The notes under the pieces: model-generated
What the model saw: the letters and a program-made list of their open reading frames with translations, nothing else
The model's database searches: none
Told to the model about the DNA's origin: nothing
Translations under genes and position numbers: made by a program
Assembly: GCA_002451155.1 (NCBI GenBank)
Contig: DKBG01000042.1
Coordinates: 12,133 to 76,132, forward strand
Direction: 5' to 3'
DNA: 64,000 nucleotides
Source of the DNA: Ignavibacteria bacterium UBA6906
GTDB lineage: Bacteria; Bacteroidota; Ignavibacteria; UBA10030; UBA6906
Shown here: positions 10,005-19,815 of the stretch, piece after piece
How positions within the stretch are numbered: the first letter of the stretch is position 1
Layout of the letters: each line of letters begins with the position of its first letter

Positions 10005-10874
10005 TTACGGTCGTGGACCTGTAGCAATATTCTTGAGGTATCGCTGAAGGTCTGCGATGTCATTTCGGCTGGTCAGGTCCGGCACATGTTCACGCAGGGG
10101 TATCGTCTGAACCGAAGCGGTCCCTGCCCCGAGCATCATCATCACTGCCGTCGGCAGTTCCTTCTCTTTGCGCAGCGGATGATACGGGACGGCTTCCAGG
10201 AACGGGAGTATCCGGTCGAACACAAAGCGCCAGATGTTCATGCTCACGCCAACCCTGCCGGTCGCCTCCCTTGTCTGCGCGATATGCGCGGCATCGGGCT
10301 TTTCGGTGATCGTTCGAAGCGTACCGTCAGGATTCGTCACGATGACGGCAAAGGCTTCGATCCGTTCACGGCTAAACAGAAGGCCTTCGCGATCATAGTC
10401 GATCATTGCACACTCAGCATTCGTGGTCCTGAGCAGCTCGAATGCTGCACGAGAATAGAGGTTGTCGCTGTTGCAGACCGTGAACTGCTGGCCTGCCCAA
10501 TCGGGTCTTGTGCGGAGCGCCTGCAGCAATGCATCCGCTGTGCCGGCCGGTTTTGAACGCCCGGCAGGGACTTCCTGGACGGCATAGGAAATCTCCATGC
10601 CTCGATACGGGTTGTCCCGTTCCCTCGCCCCGTAATGCGCCCGAACTGATCGGTCCTCAGGACTGACAACAATAACGGTATCAGTATATCCCGCTGCCAC
10701 CGCGTTCTCAAGAAGGTAATCCATGAGGGGACGTCCGTCGACACCGAGGCCAATCATCGCCTTTGTCTTTCTGTCGGCCTGGCCTTCCAGGTCGGCGCCC
10801 AATGTAACTGATGCGGGCACCTTCATCCGGGACGCAGCACCTCCCGCGAGGATGACAAGGTTTCCTTCGTTCAT
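10005..10874 (-). CDS. sugar-1-phosphate nucleotidyltransferase (NTP_transferase family)
   Basis: N-terminal LVILAGGAASRMK plus GLGVDGRPLMDYLLEN, the G-x-G-x-R-x-K nucleotide-binding signature of sugar-phosphate nucleotidyltransferases. Its start overlaps the upstream kinase stop by 4 nt (ATGA), indicating translational coupling. Confidence 0.75.
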   Translation of the reverse strand: MNEGNLVILAGGAASRMKVPASVTLGADLEGQADRKTKAMIGLGVDGRPLMDYLLENAVAAGYTDTVIVVSPEDRSVRAHYGARERDNPYRGMEISYAVQEVPAGRSKPAGTADALLQALRTRPDWAGQQFTVCNSDNLYSRAAFELLRTTNAECAMIDYDREGLLFSRERIEAFAVIVTNPDGTLRTITEKPDAAHIAQTREATGRVGVSMNIWRFVFDRILPFLEAVPYHPLRKEKELPTAVMMMLGAGTASVQTIPLREHVPDLTSRNDIADLQRYLKNIATGPRP

Positions 10875-11971
10875 GGCCCATTCCCCTCCTTCCTGGCACT
10901 TGTCCCCGCGTCCGGTCTGATTATGTAGGCCTGTCCACCCACATCTTCAATCGCGCGGCGGACCCTGTCGGGGTTGTCCGGAGCGTACGCGAACATGCAT
11001 CCACCGCCGCCGGAGCCGTTAATCTTTCCCCCCAGCGCTCCGGCAGAGATCGCAGCTGAGATCATCCTGTCAATCCGGGGGGTTGAGATACGGAGGACTT
11101 CACGAAGGACCGTCTGGTGTTCGGTCAGAAGTTCTCCTAGTTTTCGATGGTCAACTTCGACCCGCCCGAGCATCTTTCGCGCCTCCTCAGTCATCGAATG
11201 GTTGCGGATAGTTCCGAGCAACAATGTTTTCTCATCAGGAGTGAGGTCGGCCGCAACGCCTTCGATATCCTCAGCGGTGGAATTCTTCAGCGTGAATCCG
11301 GGATACTGAGAATTCAGCCGGGCTACAAGTGATCGCACGCCCTGTTTTACCCGGGCTAGGATTCCCTTGGTATCCTTCGGTTCCCGGGAATCCCCCAGGA
11401 CGAATGTGCCGAGGTCAGCCTTCAGGCGACGGACCTGAACGAGGGGGTCGAAATCGATCACGATCACGCCTCCATATGCCGTAGAGAAATGATCCATCAT
11501 CCCTCCGGGCTCGCCGAACTCCAGCACTTCCGCCTCATGCGCGAACCGGGCAATCGCATCCGGTCCGAGATCCGTCGACTGATCGCTCATGCGGGCAAGA
11601 AAATCGATCCACGCCACAACGAGAGCTGAGGAGCTTGAGGTGCCGGAATTTATCGGAATTTCGCCGTGCACAGTGCATTCGACGCCGCGTGAAAAAGAGA
11701 ACCCCTGGCGCAGCAGCACATTCACCGCGCTCTTGAAATAGTCCCTCTCTTTGGAATACGGAAGCCTCTCTCCCAGAACAAATGTTTCCCTGCTGCTGAC
11801 GTCAGGCAGGTCCACCACCGCGGCCCGGTCACTCCTGTGCCTTCCCTCAATAGTGATTCGCAATGAGATCGCGCAGGGGATGACCGGAAGAGCGAGGTAA
11901 TCTTGATGCTCTCCGAACAGGCAGATTCGTCCGGGGCTTGTCACATGCAGGTATTTTGAACCGGGCTTCAT
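10871..11971 (-). CDS. GHMP-family sugar 1-kinase (galactokinase/fucokinase-like)
   Basis: Galactokinase-type motif RICLFGEHQDYL (compare GRVNLIGEHTDY). GHMP phosphate-binding loop PINSGTSSSSALVVAW. C-terminal GKINGSGGGGCMFAYAP. Confidence 0.8.
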   Translation of the reverse strand: MKPGSKYLHVTSPGRICLFGEHQDYLALPVIPCAISLRITIEGRHRSDRAAVVDLPDVSSRETFVLGERLPYSKERDYFKSAVNVLLRQGFSFSRGVECTVHGEIPINSGTSSSSALVVAWIDFLARMSDQSTDLGPDAIARFAHEAEVLEFGEPGGMMDHFSTAYGGVIVIDFDPLVQVRRLKADLGTFVLGDSREPKDTKGILARVKQGVRSLVARLNSQYPGFTLKNSTAEDIEGVAADLTPDEKTLLLGTIRNHSMTEEARKMLGRVEVDHRKLGELLTEHQTVLREVLRISTPRIDRMISAAISAGALGGKINGSGGGGCMFAYAPDNPDRVRRAIEDVGGQAYIIRPDAGTSARKEGNGP

Positions 11972-12148
11972 TGAGGAGCGGGGGACTCGCGCCGTTCAAT
12001 ATCTTTGTTTTCATTCCAAGTTTCAAGGCGGACGGAGAGGAAACGCAGCAGACAGAACGAGGAGATTCGGAGAACATTCTTGGCGAGCGATGTGTTCATT
12101 CGGCGTCTGTGCGGTACTCTCCACAGGGGGACAGATGGAATTCACTCC

Positions 12149-12177
12149 TTGACATCCGCCAGCATTACTCCTATAAT
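12149..12177 (+). promoter_or_regulatory. near-perfect sigma-70-type promoter (TTGACA, 17-nt spacer, TATAAT) upstream of a lipoprotein gene
   Basis: TTGACA at 12149-12154, a 17-nt spacer, then TATAAT at 12172-12177. It sits in the divergent intergenic region, about 78 nt upstream of the ATG at 12255. Confidence 0.55.
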
Positions 12178-12254
12178 TGTTCTCCGCCCGGCCCGGCGGG
12201 GCGTTCGAGTCTTCCGGCAAGGGGTGGATCAAACCAGAACAGACAGGAATCCTT

Positions 12255-12908
12255 ATGGAAACCCGTATCTCCCTTCGATACGCTTTATTCGTCTTGCCGG
12301 TGTGTTGCCTCCTCTCCTGCAGCGGGTCCACGGAGATCACCCAGAGCTGGCGAAATCCCGACATTGAGCCGGTGGCTTTCAACAACGTGCTTGTGATCGG
12401 GATGAGTGACGACGCGATCGCCCGGGGGAATGTCGAACAGGCCGTTGTCAAAGAACTCCGCGGCGCAGGCGTCGCCGCACAGATGGGCATGGAAGTCTTT
12501 CCCCCCATGCTGTTCAAGGAGAAAATGGACAGGGAGAAAGCAAAAGTGCGGATCGCGGGAGCGGGAGCCGACGCCGTACTGCTTCTCACCCTTCTCGACA
12601 GCAGGACAACGGAGACCTACATCCCCGGTGCAATGGTCTACACTCCATCAGCGGGCTCCATGGCGATGTACGGCTACTGGTATGATTCATGGAACGTTGC
12701 GTACACGCAGGGCTATTACATGAATTCAAAGGAGATTATTGTCCAATCCAATCTCTACAGGACCTCCGATGAGGCTCTCCTCTGGGCGGGGAAGTCTAAA
12801 GCGACAGATCCCTCCTCCATGAGCAAGTTTGCGCGTCTTTATTCCAGGGTTATCGTACGGCAGATGGTTTCTGACGGAGTTTTTGCCCCCCGACCAGACG
12901 CCAAATGA
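12255..12908 (+). CDS. DUF4136-like lipoprotein
   Basis: The ORF track starts at a TTG at 12177 that overlaps the promoter -10 box. An internal ATG at 12255 gives METRISLRYALFVLPVCCLLSCSG, which carries a lipobox (LLSC). The rest resembles DUF4136 lipoproteins (SWRNPDIEPVAFNNVLVIGMSDD). Confidence 0.6.
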   Translation: METRISLRYALFVLPVCCLLSCSGSTEITQSWRNPDIEPVAFNNVLVIGMSDDAIARGNVEQAVVKELRGAGVAAQMGMEVFPPMLFKEKMDREKAKVRIAGAGADAVLLLTLLDSRTTETYIPGAMVYTPSAGSMAMYGYWYDSWNVAYTQGYYMNSKEIIVQSNLYRTSDEALLWAGKSKATDPSSMSKFARLYSRVIVRQMVSDGVFAPRPDAK

Positions 12909-12957
12909 ATCCTAGAATCATATTCAGATCACGGCAAACCTTCAATCCAGGGCGCAC

Positions 12958-13539
12958 ATGAAACCACTCTTCCTTATTCTCCTCGGCAGCATGATGTTCG
13001 TCCCACAGAACCCCCTGTTCAGCCAGCCCGGCTGGGCCCTTGACAAGGGGAGCGTCGCGGTCGGCGGAACCGCTTCCGTGAGCGTCGCAGGAGGCTTGAT
13101 CCAGGGGTTCAATGACAAGACAACGGTGGATCTGAAGCCGTTCGCCTACTGGTTCACGAGCCCGAACGTCGGCGTCGGTGGAGAGCTGTACCTGAGCAGT
13201 TCCTCCCGCAAAGACGGCGAGTCATCTACGACGATTGCCATCGGACCGAGCGTGCTCCTGGCGTTCGCCGACTCGAGCTACACCTGGTATCCATTTCTGC
13301 AGCTGGGGGGATTGTTCGCATCAGTCTCCGAAAAGTCCCCCTATGTCGAATCAGGGAACCAGAAATCAGGAACCGGGTTTGCGCTGGAGCTTGGCGGAGG
13401 CGGGACGTACATGCTGGGCCGGAGGGCGGGGATAACCGTACAGCTCTACTATCAGGCTCAGTGGATCACCATCGCGTCGGAGGCGAAGACCGGCAAGCTA
13501 TACGGGATGCGTGTTGGTGTTACAGGATTTATCTTCTGA
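12958..13539 (+). CDS. small outer-membrane beta-barrel protein (OmpW/OmpA-N-like porin-family fold)
   Basis: Signal peptide MKPLFLILLGSMMFVP, Gly/aromatic-rich alternating pattern, and a C-terminal ...GVTGFIF with a terminal Phe as in OM beta-barrels. Confidence 0.6.
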   Translation: MKPLFLILLGSMMFVPQNPLFSQPGWALDKGSVAVGGTASVSVAGGLIQGFNDKTTVDLKPFAYWFTSPNVGVGGELYLSSSSRKDGESSTTIAIGPSVLLAFADSSYTWYPFLQLGGLFASVSEKSPYVESGNQKSGTGFALELGGGGTYMLGRRAGITVQLYYQAQWITIASEAKTGKLYGMRVGVTGFIF

Positions 13540-13572
13540 GCAGCCGTCTCTCCGTATCCCCCCCAGATGAAA

Positions 13573-13602
13573 GAACCCCGCACAGAGGCGGGGTTCTTTT
13601 CT
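13573..13602. terminator. bidirectional rho-independent terminator between convergent genes
   Basis: GAACCCCGC-ACAGAG-GCGGGGTTC is followed by TTTTCT on the plus strand, and an A-run (AAAG) precedes it and serves the minus strand. Confidence 0.7.
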
Positions 13603-13636
13603 GCAATAACGAGTTGCGCATGCCGTTAGCGCACCC

Positions 13637-14290
13637 TTAGATCACGAATATCAAACCTCCGGAGAAGCTGAACTGGGCGATGGGGATCCCCGCGGTGATC
13701 GCCAGGCCGGATCCCCCTGTTCCCACGTACAGTCCCCCACCACTGAAGACAATCGGAAACAGGGCCTGAGCCTGTACACGTATCCCGATTACCTCCGAGA
13801 AGTAGAACTTCCATCCACCCCCGAAATACATCGCCACGCGCCAGGTATCTTTTGCTCCCTCAAAATCGGGCTTCGCCCACCATCCGCCCAGCCCCACGGA
13901 GAAGAAGGGCGTGTTCATTTTCAGGGGTCGCATCTCATGCGAGTATCCGACCATGAAGTACTGGAAGAGAATATTGAATTCAAAATTGTTGACAGGCTCG
14001 GTGTTCGACCTGTAGCCGGAGCGGCTCTGGTGCGCAACATAGAAAACTTCGAGCTGGCTCGCCTTTTTCAAATCGAGATTGAACGCGACGCCGAAGTCAG
14101 GACCGCTGGTGGTCGAGACGTAGCCGTCTGTTACGCGGATATCGGTGTTGACCATATACCCGGCGAACGGAGAAATCTCAAGATTCTTCGGGATCGGGCC
14201 GTAATAGACCTGGGCGGCCGCTTCGGAGAGGCCCGAACTGAGCAACAGGATGGGGACCGTGAGTAGCCGACCGATGGAATTCATACACAA
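13637..14290 (-). CDS. outer-membrane beta-barrel protein, tandem paralog A
   Basis: Signal peptide plus AAQVYYGPIPKNLEISPFAGYMVNTD..., clearly paralogous to the next gene (EAQVYYAPKERSVEITPYAGYMLNTN...). Both end ...FSGGLxFxx. Confidence 0.65.
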   Translation of the reverse strand: MCMNSIGRLLTVPILLLSSGLSEAAAQVYYGPIPKNLEISPFAGYMVNTDIRVTDGYVSTTSGPDFGVAFNLDLKKASQLEVFYVAHQSRSGYRSNTEPVNNFEFNILFQYFMVGYSHEMRPLKMNTPFFSVGLGGWWAKPDFEGAKDTWRVAMYFGGGWKFYFSEVIGIRVQAQALFPIVFSGGGLYVGTGGSGLAITAGIPIAQFSFSGGLIFVI

Positions 14291-14418
14291 ATCCCTTCTT
14301 GTCCGATCGTCACCATTTTCATCGGGGAAACGCTGGCGTCAACGTACGAAGAAAACAGGTTGATATCAACGTCGCGATGTGACAGGGCACACAGTCGGCA
14401 TCAGCTCCAAAATGAGAC

Positions 14419-14457
14419 GGCCCGGATCATGTTCCTGACGGAGAAATGATCCGGGCC
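14419..14457 (-). terminator. hairpin terminator downstream of paralog B
   Basis: GGCCCGGATCAT-(15 nt)-ATGATCCGGGCC, a 12-bp stem 17 nt past the stop at 14474, followed on the minus strand by a U-rich tract (CUCAUUUUGGA). Confidence 0.55.
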
Positions 14458-14473
14458 GCAAGAATACAGACTG

Positions 14474-15124
14474 TTATAGAGAGAAGCTCAGGCCTCCTGA
14501 AAAATTGAACTCGGCGAAGGGAATCCCTGCCGATACGCCGAGCCCGGCCCCGCCTGTCCCGACGTAGAAGCCCCCTCCGTAGAACACGAGGGGAAAGAGT
14601 ACCTGGCCCTGGAGCTTCAGAGCAATCTTCTCCGAGAGGGAAATCTTTGCTCCACCTCCCAGCTGCATGGCTGCCCGCCAAACGGACTCCAGCGACGCAT
14701 ACTTCGGCTGAGCCCAGACGGCGCCACCCCCGACGGAGACGTACGGGTTCACTTTTGCCATCGGCTTGATTTCACGTACGAAGTTCAGCATGAAATACTG
14801 CATGGTCACGTCGAACCCGAAATCATCGTACCTGCCCGATTGCGAAATGAAGTCCGAGGTCGTGCTGTGATAGAGGTACTGGAGCTCTACCTGCATCCCG
14901 CGTTGAACATCAAATGCGATCGTCCCGCCAAACGCGGGATTATCTCTCGTGTTTACATATCCGTATGCCACGGTCATGTTTGTATTGAGCATGTACCCCG
15001 CATAGGGAGTGATCTCGACCGATCGCTCCTTCGGCGCGTAATAGACCTGCGCTTCAGCTGCAAGCAGCGCGAAGTGCATGAGACACGCTGTAAGGATGAC
15101 AATTCTCTGTATGCTTTTCATCAA
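14474..15124 (-). CDS. outer-membrane beta-barrel protein, tandem paralog B
   Basis: See paralog A. Signal peptide MMKSIQRIVILTACLMHFALLAAEAQ. Confidence 0.65.
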   Translation of the reverse strand: MMKSIQRIVILTACLMHFALLAAEAQVYYAPKERSVEITPYAGYMLNTNMTVAYGYVNTRDNPAFGGTIAFDVQRGMQVELQYLYHSTTSDFISQSGRYDDFGFDVTMQYFMLNFVREIKPMAKVNPYVSVGGGAVWAQPKYASLESVWRAAMQLGGGAKISLSEKIALKLQGQVLFPLVFYGGGFYVGTGGAGLGVSAGIPFAEFNFSGGLSFSL

Positions 15125-15269
15125 GAAGCCTTTAGTGGTTGTTCCTGAGCACCTTCAGCCGCACCGCCTTTGCCGCGCGGATATTGTAGCCATTAAAGCC
15201 CTGAATGTCAACGAAGATTCTTCTGCGGGTCCCTTGAATTTCTGGATCCGGTCAGCATATCTTATCTGT

Positions 15270-16175
15270 ATGCATTTCCTCCCCAGCAGATTCCTGTCCA
15301 CCACCCGGAGGCTGCAGCTCAGACGATCCAGCCTCAGCGTTCTCAGCTTCATCCTCTGGACTACTCCTCTCCTGCGCGGACAGGGAACGGACTCACGAGA
15401 GTCCCTCCTGCCCTCGATGGAGCGATACGCGTACAGTAATCATCGCTTCACGATGGAAGGAGGGTATGGGATACTGCATCTGGGCCAGAAAGAATTCTCC
15501 GGTTCGATGCCTCAACTCGGAGCCGCGGAGGCGCGATGGGGGTTCAGCGCGGTCACCCCGCTCAAACATGATCTTGCCCAGCTGGATGAGCGGTTCGCTT
15601 TCGGCGCCTATATGCGGCCGCAGTGGGCAGCTTCAGCGGGACCGGAGAACAGCGTACAGGGAGATCTCTGGCGATTCGGCTTCGGAGCCCGCGACGGCTA
15701 CGGCTACTGGCCGGGCAACATCATCATCCTGCCCTACTTTCTCTGGACCCTTGAGTGGTCACACTGGCATCCTGACGCGGCAGGACTCCCACCGGCTGAC
15801 TCGGCCATCGTCGCCCGGTATGACAGCCGGCTTTGCTTTGGCATCACTTCCGAAAGCGGGCTCAAGGTTCAATTCGGACGGCATATCTCGATAATCGCCG
15901 GATATCAATTCGGTCTGATGTATCCCCGATTTGTCTTTCCGGAATGGGTCGCGAGCTTTGCCATCATCGCAACCGCGGAGGGAGTTACCGGTGTCTTCAC
16001 TTCGGGGATCCTCCGGGATGCCCCCTGGCTCACGCCGGTCCTCCATGCAGTGCTCAAAGGGGCCTTTGCCTACGGGTACTACCAGCTCACGCGGTCAGAC
16101 ATGAACTGGCCGCTCCATTCAGAGACCCCGCTGACCTGTTCGGGATTGAAACTGGGGATCAGCATCCGCTTTTGA
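15270..16175 (+). CDS. hypothetical aromatic/Gly-rich protein, possibly outer-membrane-associated (ends ...SIRF)
   Basis: The ORF track starts at 15078, inside the convergent gene. The first plausible ATG that does not overlap it is at 15270. The protein has a Trp/Tyr/Gly-rich composition and a C-terminal Phe. Confidence 0.4.
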   Translation: MHFLPSRFLSTTRRLQLRRSSLSVLSFILWTTPLLRGQGTDSRESLLPSMERYAYSNHRFTMEGGYGILHLGQKEFSGSMPQLGAAEARWGFSAVTPLKHDLAQLDERFAFGAYMRPQWAASAGPENSVQGDLWRFGFGARDGYGYWPGNIIILPYFLWTLEWSHWHPDAAGLPPADSAIVARYDSRLCFGITSESGLKVQFGRHISIIAGYQFGLMYPRFVFPEWVASFAIIATAEGVTGVFTSGILRDAPWLTPVLHAVLKGAFAYGYYQLTRSDMNWPLHSETPLTCSGLKLGISIRF

Positions 16176-16299
16176 ACCATCAGGCACGTCCCGTAATCGA
16201 GTCCAGACCAGACGCACAACCGGTGTGCCTCTCGCAGGAAGCACACCATCATCCCATCGTTCAGTCGTCAATCCGAATCACGAACCTGTCCTCTACAGA

Positions 16300-16920
16300 T
16301 CAGAAACGGCTCCAGACCAGGCCGACTCTGAAGACGAAATACTGCTGTGTATTGTCTTCGTTTCCATAGGCAGTCTGCCCGGAGTCAAACGCGTGCGTGT
16401 AGCTAGCCGCGACCATTCCGTCAACGTCCCCGAGAGGGATGATGACGCCCACTTCCGGCTTCAGGGTGAAATGCCAGTTATAGGTGGTCAGCGAATAGAG
16501 TCCGAGATCCCATCTCTGGTCGATGTACGTCATCCCGGCCCCCAGTCCTGCGTACGGCCGAATTTCTTGTCGATCCTTCGAGAGATAGTACTGCGCCGTT
16601 ACGAGCAGCGGCAGGGCATTCGTCCCTCGTACCTGAGTTCCGCTGATTGCCCCGTTCGGCAGTTGAAGCAGATCCGTTGATTTCACGGACTGTATATGCC
16701 ACCCGAATTCAAAGCCGATAGAAAATTGACGGTCGAGAAACCGCCGGGCTTCAAATGCCACGCCACGCCACTGGAGGCCGTCGATAAAGTCCGCGGAATT
16801 GCCGACCGGGAGAGTAACGTCATACGTCAGGCTTGTCATGTTGCTGTACTGGGCGAGCGACGAGTTGCCGGCAACCAGGACAAGGGTGAGGAATAGGATA
16901 CTCAATAAGTGTTTTGTCAT
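16300..16920 (-). CDS. outer-membrane beta-barrel protein (porin-family fold)
   Basis: Signal peptide MTKHLLSILFLTLVLVAGNSSLAQ, alternating hydrophobic pattern, and a C-terminal ...GLVWSRF. Confidence 0.6.
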   Translation of the reverse strand: MTKHLLSILFLTLVLVAGNSSLAQYSNMTSLTYDVTLPVGNSADFIDGLQWRGVAFEARRFLDRQFSIGFEFGWHIQSVKSTDLLQLPNGAISGTQVRGTNALPLLVTAQYYLSKDRQEIRPYAGLGAGMTYIDQRWDLGLYSLTTYNWHFTLKPEVGVIIPLGDVDGMVAASYTHAFDSGQTAYGNEDNTQQYFVFRVGLVWSRF

Positions 16921-16957
16921 TGCGAAGATCCTGAGTGTGGAATTCGGCTCGATTTGC

Positions 16958-17611
16958 TTAATTGGTCTTGAGATAGGGCGACTGCGCGAACGCCTGGTCG
17001 ATAGCCTCTGTAATCCTGGTTGCCGGAGAAGAGGTGGCGTTTAGAAGTCCGTTCGCCGCGGCGAACCAGACGACTGGAAACCGTCTCTGAGAGTCCCGCT
17101 GTGCCGGGTCGAGCATGTTCACGTAGAGCGTGCCGGTGGAGTACGATCCCACGCTGACAGTCGGCGGATAGTACCAGCCGCCCCATCCACCATACCCGGG
17201 ATAGTATGGATACCAATAGTTGTAATAAATGGTCGTGCTTCCTGAGGCGGCGACGATCAAGGCAACGTCCGCCGGGTTTGTCGTATCCACAGCCACCCGC
17301 TGGTATCCGAGCGCTTGCATGTGGGCGGCCACTGTAGACAGGATTGCCTGGTCATACTTGCGTGACAGCAGCTTATTGGTGCCGGTGAGAGTATCTCCAT
17401 CGAGATGGATCACCGTGTCCGGCATCATGTAGGTATCGTAGGCCCCGAAATTCGTTCCCGGAGCATACCGGGTCATCACAAGATCGTAATCCGTAGCGGA
17501 GAGATTGTAGTCCGGATAGCAGGAGCTGAACAGGAGTGCTGCCCCAACGGCTGCATAGAGCATCAATAGCTTGCCACGGTTTACCGGGCCGACAAGAAAT
17601 GATAGTCGCAT
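16958..17611 (-). CDS. DUF4136-like lipoprotein
   Basis: Lipobox ...ALLFSSCYPDYN. It resembles the 12255 gene product, with Tyr/Trp/Gly-rich C-terminal repeats (YYNYWYPYYPGYGGWGGWYYPP). Confidence 0.55.
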   Translation of the reverse strand: MRLSFLVGPVNRGKLLMLYAAVGAALLFSSCYPDYNLSATDYDLVMTRYAPGTNFGAYDTYMMPDTVIHLDGDTLTGTNKLLSRKYDQAILSTVAAHMQALGYQRVAVDTTNPADVALIVAASGSTTIYYNYWYPYYPGYGGWGGWYYPPTVSVGSYSTGTLYVNMLDPAQRDSQRRFPVVWFAAANGLLNATSSPATRITEAIDQAFAQSPYLKTN

Positions 17612-17857
17612 TCTGACTGTCCTTCTGAAGTGGTCAATTGTTAGAAATCCTGCAGGGCATTATCTCCGTTCAGGGAGCCCACGCAAGGAACAAGGCTCAC
17701 CCGACCTGGGGAGACATTCATAGAACACACTCCCGCCAAACAGGGTTCCATGTTCTCCCGCGAGGAATGCCCCCCGGCGCAACCGTACCCGGGGGACCCC
17801 CATGCAGGCCGTCCACCCCCCGAATGAGACGGGTACCCACACGCCTATCAGGGAGAG

Positions 17858-18607
17858 CTACACTTTCCCTTTTGCCTGTGCCGCCACCGCTTCCGCGGCT
17901 TTCTTCACCTTCTCGGGATCTCCCAGATAGTAGCTGCGGAGCGGGCGACAATCGGCATCGAGCTCATATACCAGAGGCATTCCGGTCGGAATATTCAGTT
18001 CAACGATGGCTTCGTCGGATACATTATCGAGATACTTCACGAGGGCCCGGAGGCTGTTTCCGTGTGCCACGATGATCACTTTCTTCCCGCTCTGGACGGC
18101 CGGCGCGATTCCGTTGTGCCATGAGGGAAGGAACCGCTCCACCGTATCCTTCAGGCATTCGGCGATGGGGAGCTGGGCCTTGGAGAGCCCTCTGTATCGC
18201 GGATCGCGGCCGGGGTAGCGTTCGTCGGTCTCCTCGAGCGCCGGGGGTCTGATATCGTAGCTGCGCCTCCAGAGCTTCACCTGTTCTTCACCGTATTTTT
18301 CCGCAGTCTGCGCTTTGTTCAGCCCCTGCAGCGCACCGTAATGCCGTTCATTCAGCCGCCAGTCCCGGCTCACCGGGATCCACATCTCGTCCATCTCGTC
18401 AAGGATAATCCAGAGAGTCCTGATCGCTCGTTTCAGGACCGAGGTATAGGCAGCATCGAACCTGAATCCTTCTTTTCGAAGAACCACACCCGCTTCTCTG
18501 GCCTCCGTCATTCCCTTTTCCGAAAGGTCAACATCGGTCCACCCGGTAAAGAGATTTTCTTTATTCCAGGTGCTTTCACCATGGCGCACAAGAACAAGTT
18601 TATACAT
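17858..18607 (-). CDS. gpmA: 2,3-bisphosphoglycerate-dependent phosphoglycerate mutase
   Basis: Canonical N-terminus [32 protein letters not shown] (catalytic RHGE motif), length 249 aa, and family-typical ...[10 protein letters not shown]. Confidence 0.92.
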   Translation of the reverse strand: MYKLVLVRHGESTWNKENLFTGWTDVDLSEKGMTEAREAGVVLRKEGFRFDAAYTSVLKRAIRTLWIILDEMDEMWIPVSRDWRLNERHYGALQGLNKAQTAEKYGEEQVKLWRRSYDIRPPALEETDERYPGRDPRYRGLSKAQLPIAECLKDTVERFLPSWHNGIAPAVQSGKKVIIVAHGNSLRALVKYLDNVSDEAIVELNIPTGMPLVYELDADCRPLRSYYLGDPEKVKKAAEAVAAQAKGKV

Positions 18608-18781
18608 ACAGAAGTCTCCAGGGTAAACGGTCCCGCTGCGGCACGCTTGATACTAAACATATGCTTTTCGGATCGATTAATCCACAGATGCGGAGGTCAT
18701 CCGGAGCACTCCCACGACCAGAAAGCCCCGATCGCGCAAGAATCGCGGGTCCGGGTACCCGGACAGACCAAAGGCCGTGAA

Positions 18782-19678
18782 TCAGAGAAGCGAGTAACTC
18801 AGACCGACCGAAAGCGCTTCTTTCAGCTGGGTCTTCGGTGTCACATCTGGATCACTGATGATCTGAACGTTAAAATTTACCGTGACCACCGTGTTTACTT
18901 TCATCGCAACTGTGTTGTCCCACCTCGCATAGCCGCGGCCGAGACTCGTGAACGGGAAGAAGGTCTCGACGCGGCTGATATACGCCATGTTCTCAGCAAA
19001 CGGCCACCTGAAATCCGCAATCGCTTCGAATCCTCCCCGGACCCTCGTCTTCTCGATCTCGGGTGTCGAAGGATCATCGGCGTACTGATTGAACTGGTCG
19101 GTGATGACCTCCCTCATCCCTGCCCCGAGCCGGAGCGTGAGCATGCTGGTCGGCTCGTACGCGACACCGACGCTCTGGGTCATGTAGCCCGGGTCGAAGA
19201 ATTTCGAGACCTGAACCCGCGCGGTATCGCCAGAGTACTTGTACCCCGGGGCAAACTGGGTTCGCAACGTGAAGGAGGCATACGGATTCACCGTAGTCCC
19301 CACGATATAAATCAACAGGGATTCAAAATAGATTTCGTCGTCCGTTTTCCGCGAGTCCTGGCCCTGGAGCTTGTTCTGCCCGTAGGCAAGCTTCAGGTAG
19401 TTGCTCCACTGTGTCTTCTCGGCACGATGGAGAGCGTTCCCGCCAAACCAGAGGCCCCACGCCAGAGAATTCTGACCCCCGGAAGCCCAGTTCTCGTACG
19501 CAACCTGGGACAGATTCAGCCCTGTTGTCGCAGCGAGATTCCATCCCATCACCTTGGTCGTGTCATGGCCTTTGGCAGATTCCTCCTGGAATTTCTTCTC
19601 CTTTTCGTCACCAATCTTCTGACCGAACCCCATCGGCACAAAGAGAAGGACCATCAACACTACAACCACATGCTTCAT
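18782..19678 (-). CDS. hypothetical secreted/outer-membrane protein
   Basis: The ORF track starts at 19816, but a signal-peptide start MKHVVVVLMVLLFVPMGFGQ maps to 19678. Composition is beta-rich and the C-terminus is ...LSYSLL. Confidence 0.5.
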   Translation of the reverse strand: MKHVVVVLMVLLFVPMGFGQKIGDEKEKKFQEESAKGHDTTKVMGWNLAATTGLNLSQVAYENWASGGQNSLAWGLWFGGNALHRAEKTQWSNYLKLAYGQNKLQGQDSRKTDDEIYFESLLIYIVGTTVNPYASFTLRTQFAPGYKYSGDTARVQVSKFFDPGYMTQSVGVAYEPTSMLTLRLGAGMREVITDQFNQYADDPSTPEIEKTRVRGGFEAIADFRWPFAENMAYISRVETFFPFTSLGRGYARWDNTVAMKVNTVVTVNFNVQIISDPDVTPKTQLKEALSVGLSYSLL

Positions 19679-19815
19679 CGCATACCTCCACGTTAGAATG
19701 TACGGGACACTGGTGAGCAACAGAATCTCTGAGGGACATCCTACAGCGCAGGAAAGGGATACACACGGTATCTCTTCACGCATCCCGTCCGGGTACGAGC
19801 AGTCAGCACATCCCA

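Noticed and set aside
15078-15269. 5' extension of the 15270-16175 ORF as listed in the ORF track
   Set aside because: The extension overlaps the convergent OMP gene at 14474-15124 on the opposite strand. The first non-overlapping ATG is at 15270.
18341-19696. 451-aa plus-strand ORF
   Set aside because: It is entirely antisense to gpmA and the adjacent OMP gene, Arg/Pro/His-rich, and has no recognisable motifs. It is a typical high-GC antisense frame.
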